Part shown: piece after piece, positions 1 to 12,174 of the stretch
How the letters are laid out: the number at the start of each line of letters is the position of its first letter
Position numbering within the stretch: position 1 is the first letter of the stretch
From: Felis catus
Lineage: Eukaryota
Assembly: GCF_018350175.1 (NCBI RefSeq)
Contig: NC_058369.1
Coordinates: 4,092,001 to 4,156,000 of the forward strand
Direction: 5' to 3'
Length of the DNA: 64,000 bases
Notes under the pieces: model-generated
What the model was told of the DNA's origin: nothing
Databases searched by the model: none
The model's input: only the letters and a program-made list of their open reading frames with translations
Made by a program: the position numbers and the translations under genes

Positions 1-1334
1 TGTTGCTGGGCCCAGCTTTGGGAGAAGGGCAGGCTCACGCCTTGGGGTTCGGAGTGCAAAATGGCGTAATCTCTCTAGTGACAGCTACTGAAACGACAAA
101 CCAGCCGTATGTCCCTTCTGGTAGTCTGTCCATGGGCCCGAGGGCAGATTATCACACAAGCGCTGAGCCACTTACGCGTAGCCCGCAGCAAACTGTGAGG
201 CCGGGCCCATAGGTCAAAGGAGAGAAACTAAGGCCCACAGAGCAGAAATGGGAGAACGAGGACCCAGGCTGGTGCGCCCTCTTTCTAGGGCAGGTGGACG
301 GGCCGGCTCGACCGGCACCCCGGCCCCGGCCACCTCCCTTGTCAGGCTAAGCTTCAGGCTCTCCCATCGCACCCGCTGGTGTCTCCAACAGGTCAGAGCG
401 AGGCCCAGGGACGCTGGGAGCATACGGAGGCCAAGCCAGCCACGCCGAGCCCTGTGAGTGTTGGGTGCCAGTTCCAATTAATTCTGACTTTCTCATTAAG
501 CCGTTAGGAAAGCTAGGTGGCTGTAGGCAGTAGCCCTCTGCCTGGGCCGCCGGATTAAAGGGATCATGGTTTCTGTCTCAAGACACTATATTATCTGTCA
601 CGGGCGATTATGGGAGACCCAGGCGGACAGTGACAAGCTCAGAGAAGCCCTGAGTTCCGGAACCTGGGAAGCTCAGAGTCGTGGGACCGCTGAAATTGCG
701 GACTCCCAGAATCTTGGAATGCCTGGCGTTCTAGACCCGCAGAATACATCCCCCCGAACGTTCCAGAATTGGAGAACGATGGCCACTGAACCTGGCATCA
801 CAGAATTCTGGAATCCCAGATGCTCTTGTGATGCGGAAGAGATTTCTCACCTGGTTTTATCCCCTTGGATCGGGGGTCTCTCACACCGGAAGCCCAGAGG
901 CTGAATCTGGTTGGCGTGTGCGTAATGCTTTTGAAAAAAGATCTGGGGAGTGAGAGTTTCCACGTAAGCAGTCGGAGCTCCACTGGTGTCCCTAGACCAA
1001 GTGGCAGCCGTGGGCGCTCTGTGGCTGCGTTCTCTACAGTCCCTACAAGGTCCCGTTCACTCCTTGACCCCTGAAGGGCGCGTTTGCTCTCACTGGACCA
1101 GTGATAGTACTCACTTTGGTTTTTCATTTTACGACCAAGAAAGTGAGTTCCAAGGGGCAGCTTTTTTGCTAAGGTCCCCCCCCCTGCCCCCCAGGGAAAA
1201 AAATCACGTTCCCGGCGCCACATCAGAAGGCAGGGGCAGAGCCCCTGGAACGCGGCAGGAGTGAGCTAACGAGAGGGTTCAGGCGCCTCTCTAGCTGGGA
1301 GGCAAAGGGAGAATGTGGTGTGGGGGTAGGAATG

Positions 1335-1465
1335 GCTTTGTGAAGGGCATGGGACGGAGTTTGGATTTTCTTCTAAGGGCAGTGGGGAGCCATGGGAGGG
1401 TTTGAAGCAAGGGAATGGCATGATCTATTCTATGCATTAGAAAACACCCTGACAGTGCTGAGTCC
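1335..1465 (-). mobile_element. L2 fragment
   Basis: TTTGGATTTTCTTCTAAGGGCAGTGGGGAGCCATGGGAGGGTTTGAAGC. Confidence 0.7.
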
Positions 1466-1879
1466 ATCTCAGAATATGGATACATTGATCCTTAGCTAGG
1501 AAAGGCCTTGCCTCAGGTCAGGGTGCTCTCCATAGCTACCACTTCTTGGACCTCTGGCCCCCCCCCCCCCAATAACATTTCATCGCTAGGAGGTCTGGCA
1601 AATGAGGGCTCACGACGGTCTCTGCTGGTAAGTTGTGTTATTCTAGTCTATCTCTCTTGTGGCATCCTTCATATATAAAGAGCTGTCAGAAACAAATAAG
1701 AATAGAGAGACACATGCAAAGAACATGGATGTTACTTTGGACGCCCAGAAGATGTAGGCGGGAAATTATAAAAGACAGGCTCACATACAAAAGTGTTTAA
1801 TCTTCTAGAATTCTCCCACTCTTATATTTGAGACAGATATCTGATCCCTGATAATATTTGACTTTTCGAGGAAACAGAA

Positions 1880-2035
1880 GCTCCCCTGGGGTGGGGATTT
1901 TTGTGTGTTTTGCTCACTGCTGGGTCCCCAGTGCCACTAACAGCACCTGGATCTGATTTATATACCCAGCACAGTCTAGACTACTCATTTTTCTGTGCAC
2001 TGGAGTTTGAGAACCACTGAGCTAGACTTCACTAA
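1880..2035 (+). mobile_element. L2 3' tail followed by MER5A-like end
   Basis: TTGCTCACTGCTGGGTCCCCAGTGCC; GTTTGAGAACCACTG. Confidence 0.6.
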
Positions 2036-2102
2036 AAAGGAAGTTTGGTGCGGAGAGATATCTGAGCATCCACTCTATTTAGGTCTTTTAAGACAACCAG
2101 TG

Positions 2103-2321
2103 GGGGCGCCTGGGTGGCTCAGTCGGTTAAACGTCTGACTTCAGGTCACGATCTCGCGGTTCGTGAGTTCGAGTCCCGCATTGGGCTCTGTGCTGACAGC
2201 TCAGAGCCAGGAGCCTGCTTCGGAATCTGTGTCTCCCTCTCTCCCTGCCCCTCCCCTGCTCATGCTCTGTCTCTCAAAAGTAATAAATAAACGTTAAAAA
2301 CAAAATTTTAAAAATAAATAA
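2103..2321 (+). mobile_element. Can-SINE (SINEC, felid type)
   Basis: tRNA-like head, (CT)n, A-tail; 13-bp TSD AAGACAACCAGTG. Confidence 0.95.
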
Positions 2322-2424
2322 AAGACAACCAGTGAATCCCTAGGATTGGCAGGGAGGATTTTCAGGGCCTCCCACTGACCCCACAGCTTAATGGATGTGC
2401 TTGTCATTCTAAGGAATAAGTGGG

Positions 2425-2590
2425 ATGATTTCTGACGCCTACTAGTCCATAGACTGGGCCAGACTGTGTCCAAAGAGCTTTACAAACACTCAGCTCAGTC
2501 GCTTCAGAGTGAAGCTCTACGTTAGGTGCTAATGTTTAGGCCCATTTTACAGATGAGGAAACTGAGCCCCTGGCATGAAAGCAGTGTCCC
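2425..2590 (-). mobile_element. MIR
   Basis: Core CCCATTTTACAGATGAGGAAACTGAG. Confidence 0.85.
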
Positions 2591-2859
2591 AGCAAGGGCC
2601 TGGCACAGAGTAAGTGCTTAGGTTTAGTAGAACCGAAATCGTACTCAGTCAGCATGTGAACACAAGTTCTTAGCTCTCTGGGAAGCGTGTCTTCTAGGGG
2701 CCTGTGAGAGACTGCGGTCCCGTGGAGCATCCGCAAATGCTCCCTAGGTTCAGCGCTCGGATTCCCTGGGTGACTCAAACAGATGTGGCAGGTTTCTGGT
2801 GTCGTGGAGACGTGCTGCATATAGTCACCTCCCCCCCCCTCGCCGCCCCAAGACTAACA

Positions 2860-3025
2860 CAGACACCGCAGCGTCTGGGGGCACACACACACCTCGAGGC
2901 AAAGAGGCCTGCAAGGTACATACCCCAAGACAAATACACGCACGCCCACCCACATGAAAACACACACTTAGACGCACACATACCCCGGACCAATGCAAAC
3001 ACACACCCCAAGGCAGACACACGCA
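2860..3025 (+). repeat. Degenerate (CA)n-rich low-complexity tract
   Basis: Many interrupted ACACAC runs. Confidence 0.6.
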
Positions 3026-4894
3026 GGCCGGGGCCTTGGCCTGACCTGGCCGGGTTAGGGAGGCTCTGGACAGCCTGGATCCCAGCCCTGGCTTCAGCCC
3101 CCACCTCTGTGCCTTCACCCTGGGGCCCAGAGCCACCCGCTAAGGCGGGGGCGGACTGGGGTGGGGGTGGGGGACCAGTGCAGGCGCCGCTAGCGGAGAG
3201 AAAGGAGCAGGCGGGGCAGGCAGGCCAGCTGAGGGCACAGAGCGCAGCTCTTGGGCGCCACCCGGTGGGCATGGGGGGCAGGGGGCACGGCACCCCCTCA
3301 ACTCCACAGTTTTGCAGGTCTGTGGGTGCCTCTGGGCCCGTGGGGGGGGGGGCTTTGTCTCTGAGTCCGTGTCCCTTTCTCTCTGTGTCTCGCTCAGCCT
3401 CTGTCTCCCTTCTCTGTAAGTCTCTGTCTTTTGCTCCCTCTTCCTCCCCTCCCCACATGCCTCCCCCTGCCTCTGGAGCCCCAGCCCTCCTCCACAGAGG
3501 AGCCTGAGTGCCTCCAACGACCCCTCCCTACCCACCCCTCTTATCAGCAGCATCTCCTGTCTCCGGTCCTCCGACGGCATCTTGGCCCTTCCTGTCACCC
3601 ATGGGCTGCCAGCATGACTCAGTCCAGGTGGGGTGGGGTGACCGACCTCGTCAGCTTTGCCAGCCCGCCGCTCCCACAGCCTCCGTTCTGGTCTCCGGGG
3701 AGGGGACCGCATCTGCGCCCTCCGCCAGAACCTGGTGCAGGAACCCACCTTGGCTCACGCTTTCCCTGGGGCTGGCCGACGCTGGCTGCCCGGAGGAGGG
3801 GAGAAGTGCTACTTGTCTGGAGGGGAGGGGCACGGAGACGATGAGGGTTTGAACGCCCTAAGCCAGGAAGGGCCTAGAGAGACAGTGATGGTCACCCTTG
3901 AACCCTGTGAGGAGGACAGGGGTCTCAACTGCCAAAAACCCACCATGGGCCCTCCGCCCCCCCCCCCACCATCGCCCATGGGCCTGCTCCCTGGGCAGCC
4001 CAAGCCTCAGAGCCCAGTCTGACCCCAAGGTCCCCAAGCTTTTCACTCTATTCCTTTAAGGTGCCACACCCTTTCCCCCCTGGGGGATTCTGCGCATTCT
4101 GTTCCCTCCCCAGATGCCCTTCCGGTCACCTCCTCCAGGAAGCCAGCCTCACCCCACCCGCTGCTTGAAGCCATCTGTTGAACATCAGAAAGCAGGTCTG
4201 TCTCAGTCACGGTCATGGCGGTGTCCCTGGCACGGAGCCCGGCTCACAGGAAGGGTCCGGGAAGCGTTTGCTAAACAGAGGAGGGAAGGGTTCAGGGCTG
4301 TGCCTTCGAGCCCAGATGTTTCTTCTTGCCTTGCTGGGGAGACCCTGGCCGAGTGGGTGGCTTCCCGCTCTGCGCCCTGTTTCCCCGGGATGGGGAGTGA
4401 GGGGACGTTTTCTGGGCCACTGGTGAAATCTACCCTGCTGGGTTTCATTTCAGCCGAGTCGGTAAATATTTGGTCCTCTGCGGCCAGCAGCATCTAGGCG
4501 GGGGAAGCTTCAGTGCCTTTTATGAGCCTTCCCGCAGGCGCCTAACGCGAGGTTTCCGTGGCGGGGTATGTGGGACGCCCAGGCAGCGTCACAGCTGGCT
4601 GCCGTGAGGTGGGTAGGACTGTGGGGCCGCAAGAAGCCACCAGAGGCTTCTAGCACTTAACCCCGCCGTGCGCGGCATCGGGAGGCCAGACCCGGGCCTC
4701 TCGTTTTGCAAACGGCTGATGCCACATCATGAGATGACAGGTGGGGTTGAAGTGGAGACTGAGCAGCATCCCCTCCCAAGTCCGAAGGACATACTGAATG
4801 CTTAGGGGGAGGTATTTCCGGCAAGGAGGTGGAAGGCCTTGTGTACGGGTAGCTCTTCTCGAAGAATCAAAGGCCACTCTTGACCATCAAAGGC

Positions 4895-5050
4895 GAAGCA
4901 CCTGCTGTGTGCGGAGTACTGAGCAGTGTAAATGCCCCGCCTCCTTGGGTCCTCAGAAATCACGCAGCCCCTGTTACACTGACACGAGTCAGAGGGGTTC
5001 AAGGTAACTGGCTTGAGGTCACCCAGCTGGCGAGGGGCAGAGCTGTTGAG
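4895..5050 (-). mobile_element. MIR (diverged)
   Basis: GGTTCAAGGTAACTGGCTTGAGGTCACCCAGCTGG. Confidence 0.6.
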
Positions 5051-6071
5051 TCTGACCTTCCGGCCTGGCTTGGTCTCATCACCCAACCCTCCCGGCAAGG
5101 GCCACCGTGTGGATACCCTGGAAACCACAGCGCTTCTCAATGGTCAGGATCCCAGGGGCGACTGGAAGGAAGGCCTGAATCAGACCAGCAGTTCTGAGTT
5201 GGGGCCCGGGAACCTGCACGGGAAGCTTGCATCTGCCTCCGACCCAGGTAACTCTGGCTAGAGTCCCTTCACAGAAACGGCAGCCTCTTTACTGTATCCG
5301 TCCGAACGCGTTTGCAGCGTCCCCTCTGAATCTCGGGGGAGACTGCCACCTGCTGTTTCCTGAGGACGCCGCTGAGACGGTGAGGATTTGAGGGCCCCCA
5401 TCAGGCACTAACCTGGGGGAACTTGCCACCAGCCCTTGAGAGAGACCCCACAGGCCAAACAAGGGGTCAAGCATTTGGAAAACTTGAAAATACAAGATTA
5501 TTGTGTAGTTTTCTTCCTCCTCTCCGAGACTTGATGAGCATTTAGTGTGTGTCTGCCATTGCCCAGGTGTATTGGCCGTATCTTTATTTTCTGCTGTTTG
5601 ATGCTTTGACACTGGGGGCCTTACTCACCCTGGAGGCACAGCCCCTCCCGGGGGCCAGCTAATTCCCAGATAGCAAACGACCCACCGACCCACCCTGGAC
5701 TGCCTCTCACATGCAAACTAACCATCACAGAGCCCAAGCCCCAACTCTGTCCTCTGGAGGCTGTCCCAGTCAGGGCCAATGTCCCCCTGCCCTATCACCC
5801 CAGGGCCCAGGACCACACAACTAGGCCATTCCCTACACCCCAGAGCCCTCTGGCCTTACTCAGACTAGCAGTCCTGGGCCTGCTGACCCGGCTTCACTGT
5901 TCCTGCTGGCCGAAACCACACTCAAGTCTTTGTCCACTCTGTGCCCCCCTGCACCCCCCAACCCCCGCCCCCTCCGCCTGACTGACCCGGGCACTTCCCC
6001 GTGTGGCCCTGCACGCCCCCACCCCTGCTCCTGCCGTGGCATCAGTGAGTAATGACCTTTCTATGTATGTA

Positions 6072-6273
6072 TGTATTTATTTATTTAATGTTTATTTTTG
6101 AGAGTGAGTGGGGTAGTGACAGAGCCATCCGACGGGGACAGAGGATCCGAAGCAGATTCTGTGCTGACAGCAGAGAGCTCGATGTGGGGCTTGAACCCAC
6201 GAGCTGTGAGATCATGACCTGAGCCAAAGTCAGGTGCTTAACCGACTGAGCCACCCAGGTGCCCTTATCTATT

Positions 6274-6304
<31 letters not shown>

Positions 6305-6640
6305 TTATTAAAAAAAAATTTTTAATGTTTTTATTTACTTTTGAGACAGAGAGAGACAGAGCAGGAGCAGGGGAGGGGCAGAGAGAGAAGGAGACACAGA
6401 ATCCGAAGCAGGTTCCAGGCTCTGAGCTGTCAGCACAGAGCCCGACGCGGGACTCGAACCCACGAACTGTGAGATCGTGACCTGAGCCGAAGTCTGACGC
6501 TCAACTGACTGAGCCACCCAGGTGCCTCGACCCCTATTTATTTTTTTAAAGTAATCTTTGCACCCAACGCGGAGGGCTCGATCTCACCACCCCAAGATCA
6601 TGGTCGCACACTCTACCACTGACCACGCCAGCTGCCCCAG
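6072..6640 (-). mobile_element. Three tandem Can-SINEs (about 6072-6264, 6277-6526, and a short old one at 6535-6640)
   Basis: Reverse-complement heads GAGCCACCCAGGTGCC and T-rich tails. Confidence 0.9.
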
Positions 6641-6669
6641 GCCACCTTTGCAGCGGCGGTCATCCGCTG

Positions 6670-6830
6670 ATCTGCTGGCCTCGTCAGCCCTGAAGCACAA
6701 TGGAACCTACGTCTTGAAACGCCTGCCGCTGGAGACACAGCTGAGAACGAGACAGCGAATGCCTGCGGACGTTGACATTCTGGTGCCGGCTGTGGACAGA
6801 ACGCGATGAGGACAGGCAGGTGTGACAGTG
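6670..6830 (-). mobile_element. L2 3' end
   Basis: Minus strand CACCAGAATGTCAACGTCC...GTCTCGTTCTCAGCTGTGTCTCCAGCG resembles the L2 tail. Confidence 0.6.
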
Positions 6831-7189
6831 ACCAGGTGGGAAGGGAGGCCTCGGGGTGGGTGGAATCTGAGCCCCGACCTTCAAGGTCGGAAGGGGTGGT
6901 CAGCGTGGCCAGTGCCACGGCATGGCCCTCACTTCACTGGATCCTGTCCTGAGAGCTTCCCGTGGAGCAGGACGGGGTCCCGTTGGGCCAGGATTTGCTG
7001 CTGGAGGCGACACTGGTGGCAACAAGGAGCCAGTAACAAGCCAACAGCCACGGGCCATCCTGCTGCTCCCGGTCACCTGCCTTTCCGGGAGTGATCTGGG
7101 GGCCTCGGCACTGCTTTCACCTTCGCGGGGGCCACTTCCAGCCCCGATGGCATCAGGGACACCGGAAGTTACCCTTGAGGTCAACTCCA

Positions 7190-7665
7190 AAGGTTAGGCG
7201 CACACACAGAGTAGCGAGTCACCCTCGAGTCCGGCCTGCAGGGAGGAACTGTCACTTCAGCACCACGTGACCTCAGTACGTGGCCCCCGCATCCCAGGGT
7301 GGACCCACGAGCAAGTGTCTGTCGGGCGCTGTCGGGCCGCGAGGAGGTCCTGGATTCCCAGGGGGGGTCCAATCTGATGACACGAACCCTTAAACTTGGA
7401 GGCTCTTCCCTGCCTGTGGTCGGAGAAGGGACTCCGGCAAGGCCAGGCTCTGCGGATGGGCGAGGGGCGGGGACGGGGCACGGGAGGGGGACCCGGAAAC
7501 CCAGGGCACCTGTTCCTGTGCCGCAGCCTCCCCAAGGAACTGGCCCTGCCCACCCTGAAGTGTGGGGCTTTTGGCCTCCAAAACCGGGGGATGATGAGTT
7601 GGTGCTGTTTCGAGTCACTGAGTTTGTCGTAATTTGTTAGGGCAGCCGCAGGAAAACGCACACAC
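7190..7665 (+). mobile_element. MLT1 (ERVL-MaLR) solo LTR
   Basis: 3' end GAGTTTGTCGTAATTTGTTAGGGCAGC...AAAACGCACA typical of MLT1. Confidence 0.75.
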
Positions 7666-7882
7666 CCAATTATCCTGCAAGTATTGTGTGAAACGCTCCA
7701 ATCCCAAAACGAGCACAGCACTCTGGGGACAGGAGGAGATCACCGTTGCTGAGAACCCGGCGCCCCAGCGACCAAAGGAGGCTGCCAGCACACGGGGTGG
7801 GGTGGGCCTGCTGTGGCCATCCATCAAATCCTGCCCGGATGAAGGCAGCACACACCCCGTAAGCAGTGGGCTCCAGAAGGGG

Positions 7883-7999
7883 TGAGTCACTTTCCCAAGG
7901 ACACACAGCTCCCAAGGTGGAGCTGAGCTGTGGACCCACCTGACAGGGTGACAGCCCAGATTCAAACCATGACTCACCATCCTGTGACCACATGACTCA
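7883..7999. promoter_or_regulatory. AP-1 site cluster (candidate enhancer)
   Basis: TGAGTCA 7883-7889, TGACTCA 7970-7976 and 7993-7999. Confidence 0.55.
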
Positions 8000-8109
8000 A
8001 GAGGGGGGGGATCTTACCTGGTGGGAGTAGGGGCCGGGGAGGGGGGTAGATGGGGGGCACGCCCCCAGGAGTATCGGTGGAGGCCCCACCCCTCACCCCC
8101 AGAAAGCCG

Positions 8110-8326
8110 CTTTATTTTTTGAAATTCTTTTCAATGTTTATTTTTGAGAGAGAAACAGAGCATGAGTCGGGGAGGGGCAGAGAGAGAGGGAGACACAGAA
8201 TCCGAAGCAGGTTCCAGGCTCCGAGCTGAGCACAGAGCCCGATGCGGGGCTCGAACCCACAAACCGTGAGATCATGGCCTGAGCCGGAGTCGGAAGATTC
8301 ACCGACTGAGCCCCCCAGGCGCCCCT
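8110..8326 (-). mobile_element. Can-SINE
   Basis: Full-length reverse copy. Confidence 0.93.
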
Positions 8327-9032
8327 CCGGCAAATCGCTTTGGAGGCACTATGTCCCCACTAGCTGGCGACTTTTGTGTCCGTATTTTTTTTTTTTAAAA
8401 CCCAAAGGGCTTTTTATAACTTTGTGTTTGAGATTTTTTTTGACTAGAAGTAACACACACAATTTAAGACTGGCAATCATCATGCAGGCTTGGGAATTCC
8501 TGCAAAGTGAGAAAATTTCACCTAGCAACTGTTTTGAAATGTAATGAAATCTGTATGAGTACAAAATTTAGCAGTTGATGAGGTTGACACATTTTTGTAG
8601 ACGTGGAGACATGTGATAAGGTATTAATTCTGATTTGGGTTTTATTTGGGGAGCTGATAATCTCTTTCTTCCTTCTCTCCAGGCCTCAAAACTTCTTCCA
8701 GGTTCTCTGAACAGCACGAGCAAGCACCCCAGGACCTTTTCCTGAAGGGCCTCCCAGTGCCTGTCAACATTAAGCACTTACTGTATGCCAGCAACAATTC
8801 TGAGTTTTTCACGTATTTGACTAACTTAATCTTCACAAAGACTCTTTATGGTAAATACTACTATTGTTTTCTTCTTCCAGGTAAGGAGGCCAAAGCAGAG
8901 GGACCATGAACTCCCTGCGGGAAGACAAGGCAGATGGGGTGGATCCTGAGCCCGCCCTCCTGGCCTCCACACCCAGTGCTTCCTGCTCCGATGGTAACCC
9001 ACAGAACCCCCATCTTCAAAAAATACTTTTAG

Positions 9033-9216
9033 TGGCCCTGGGCGGCTCAGTCGGTTAAGTGTCCGACTTCAGCTCAGGTCATGATCTCGCGGTTCATGGG
9101 TTCGAGCCCCGCATCGGGCTCTGTGCGGACAGCTGGGAGCCTGGAGCCTGCTTCGGATTCTGTGTCTCCCTCTCTCTCTGACCCTCCCCTGCTCGCGCTC
9201 GGTGTCTCTCTCTCAA
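9033..9216 (+). mobile_element. Can-SINE
   Basis: Head and (CT)n; abuts the L1 poly-T. Confidence 0.9.
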
Positions 9217-9850
9217 CATTTTTTAAATTGTGATAAAATACACATAAAATGTAACCATTTCTAAGTGCACAGGTCAGCAGCACCAAGCACATTCACACTG
9301 TCGTGCAGCCACCCCCACCAGCCGTGTCCAGAACTTTCCATCTCCCCAAACTGAGACTCTGTCGCCATGAAGCACTGACTCCCCGCCCCCCCCACCCCAC
9401 CCCTGGCTCCCACCATCTACTCTCTGCCTTTGCGGACGGGACTCCTCTGGGGACCCCCTGTGCGTGGGGTCACGCGGGATGTGTCCTTCTGTGTCTGGCT
9501 CCTGTCCCTGTGCACAGTGACCTCCAGGGCCGTCCACATGGTGGCAGTTCAGTGCGTGGATGGACACAGTTTATCCTTACCACCGCACACGACTGTCATA
9601 AACCCCAGAAAACCCGTGTTGGTGACGTGGAAAAGGCGCAACTTTTCCACATCGTGGAGAACAGGTGGTTCCTCCAAAGTTAAACACAGAATTACCATAG
9701 GAGCCAGCAATCCCATGCCTAGGCACCTACCCAGAATGGGAAATGTGCGTGAGCAAATACACGTGCTCCGGCCTTCACCATAAGCAACGTTCACAGGAGC
9801 CGAAAGTGCAAACCATCCCCGTGCCCACTAGCAGGCCCCTTCTAGAACAC
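9215..9850 (-). mobile_element. Old L1M (L1MB-like) 3' end with inverted 5' segment
   Basis: Antisense L1 3'UTR 9215-9580, then sense ORF2-end/3'UTR segment 9580-9850. Confidence 0.7.
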
Positions 9851-9930
9851 ACGCCTGGTTCCACCTTGTCTCTTGACATAAAAATCAGACCTAATAGAAC
9901 CCAACTACAATTAGAAAAAAATATGATGCT

Positions 9931-10165
9931 CGGGGCGCCTGGGTGGCTCAGTCAGTTGGGCGGCCAACTTCGGCTCAGGTCAAGATCTCGCGGTCCGTGA
10001 GTTCGAGCCCCGCGTCGGGCTCTGTGCTGACAGCTCAGAGCCTGGAGCCTGTTTTGGATTCTGTATCTCCCTCTCTCTGACCCTTCCCCGTTCATGCGCT
10101 CTGTCTCAAAAATAAAGGTTAAAAAAAAAAAAATTAAAAAAAAAAAAAGAAAAAAAGAAAAAAAA
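9931..10165 (+). mobile_element. Can-SINE (young)
   Basis: CpG-rich head, long A-tail, TSD AAAAATA(T/C)GATGC. Confidence 0.95.
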
Positions 10166-10424
10166 TACGATGCATTTCAGACACAAACAGAAGAAAGAAG
10201 AGACTATCACTGCTCAGGGGCAGGGCCCAGTTATAGTGCGAACATGACCCGGTGCTCAAGTTGCACGCGCGCGCGCACAGCTCCGATCCTGGATGGAGGC
10301 GGCTGGGAGGCATTTAGACTGCAGCAGCCCCCGCAGCTCTGGTCACAGAAATGGGGAACTCTTGGGAAGGTCCTGGACTCAAGTGTTGAGCAATGCTCCA
10401 CTTGCCCAGAAGTCACGTCCCAGA

Positions 10425-10612
10425 GGGGACGCCTGGGCGGCTCGGTAGGTTTAAGTGCTCGACTCTTGATTTCAGCTCAGGTCATGATCTCAGGGTTCGT
10501 GAGATCAAGCCCCAAGTTGGGCTCTGTGTTGCCAGTGCGGAGCCTGCTTGGGATTCTCTCTCTGCCCCTCCCCAGCTTGTGCTCTCTTGAAGCCAATAAA
10601 CTAAAAAAAAAA
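10425..10612 (+). mobile_element. Can-SINE (older subfamily)
   Basis: GACTCTTGATTTC head variant. Confidence 0.9.
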
Positions 10613-10689
10613 GGAAGTTGCATCCTGGGAAGATCTGTATGTATGAAAACCGTGAGGAGCACTTACGGGGGGTAAACTCTGCCAACCCC

Positions 10690-11090
10690 GTTGCTGTGCT
10701 GAAACGCTGGCCTCCAGGGCCTCAGAACGCAACTGTACTTGGGGACAAAGCCCTTATGTGAGTGATGGAGTTAAAATGAGGGCATTCGGGTGGGCCCCAA
10801 CCCACGTGACCAGCGTGCGCACAGCAAGGGGCAATTTGGCCAAGGACACGCACGCAGGGAGGCCGATGGCGGAGGCGGAGTTCAGGGTGACGTGTCGACA
10901 AAGCCAAGGGACGCCGAAGATGGTCAGCGACCCCCCAAAAGCTGGGCGAGCGTACGGAACGGACTCTCTCAGCCTCGTAAGGAACCGGCCCAGACGACAC
11001 GGGGACTTCCGGCCTCCAGAACCGTGAGAGAATAGACTGGTCTCAAAGCACCCCGTTTGCGGCACTGTGTTCCCGCAGGCCTAGCAAACG
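10690..11090 (+). mobile_element. MLT1B/C-like solo LTR
   Basis: GTTAAAATGAGGGCATTCGGGTGGGCCCCAA...CTTCCGGCCTCCAGAACCGTGAGAGAATA. Confidence 0.8.
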
Positions 11091-12174
11091 CTGCATCCAC
11101 GTAAGCCAGACCCAGGCTGCAGGCTCGGCTGCCTAGGAAGGGGCTGTTCTTGCCCCCGCGGCTCTCCAAGGCTCCCCTGGGGCAGCTCGGCAGCGGTGCC
11201 CCGGCTGAGGGCCACGGGTCACACCCTCGGTCACCCTTTCCCCCTGAAGGGCGGTCGCCCAACTGCAGCCAGGTGACAAGATCTCAAAACGGGTCTCACC
11301 CACACCCCCAGGCTGGGTATGGCTTTGATCACCCAACATGGGAAGCTCAGACCCGTTTCTAGACTCTGACTTGCAGAGAAGAGACGGGGCCCCATGCAGG
11401 AGGTGACGCGGAGACAGCATCGTGCCCACCTGTCATTGGAAAACGACTCCGAGGGCCCCCGTGGTGGGGGGAGCCACGAGGTACTTACTTGCTGCGATTC
11501 AGACGAGCAGGACGCCAAAGGCCAGCGCTGACCTGCCTTTAACGGTCTAGATTCCGCGGCAAGCTGGGCAGATTTTCAGATCGCTCTTTTAAAACTAAAC
11601 ACCCCAGCGGGAACACAGGCTACTCCGGGAGAACTGGTGATTGTTCAGTAGCCTGTGGGGTGGCTGTCCTAGTTACGAAGGGAATCCAGGTTCCCAGCAG
11701 GCGGCACTGAGGTTAACTCTCACCACGCCGGATCACGGCCAGGATTTGTGGGAAGCAGGCCCTCCGGCTTACCCCCAGACCCCCTCCCCACCCCCCGGCA
11801 CAGATCCCTTGGATGCCCCAGCGTGCCCGGGGTCACCTATGCTCTCGGCTGGCATGGGCTCAGCTGTTCTCTGGTAGAAACTCTTCCTGTGGAGTCACAC
11901 AGGAGGGGCCTGGATCAGAGGACTCATGTACGGCACTTATGGCTGGCCAGAGGCCTTGTCTGGCAGGCTTTGACGAAGAAAATTAGAATTGTTTACAGTG
12001 ACAAATGAGGAAATTACATATTAAATGCAGGGACTGCCCTCAGCCAGACCCCAACCCCGCACACCATCACTGGACACCCCCCACCCCAGGCACACCAGCT
12101 CGAGGGGTGAAGCGACTGGTCTGTAGGCCCCACGATGCACCCCCCGCCCCTTGCCATTAAGGAATCCTAATTCT

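Noticed and set aside
214-477. 87-aa minus-strand ORF, same length as the TINCR-encoded ubiquitin-like microprotein TUBL
   Set aside because: No resemblance to recalled TUBL (MEGLRRGLSRWKRYHIKVHL...). The length match is coincidental and TINCR coding sequence presumably lies left of the window.
2704-4046. Cluster of 100-267 aa ORFs on both strands
   Set aside because: Low-complexity CA-, GA- and GC-rich sequence; no recognisable domain or consistent exon structure
6558-6918. CpG-rich ORFs of 66-101 aa
   Set aside because: Overlap an old SINE and an L2 3' end
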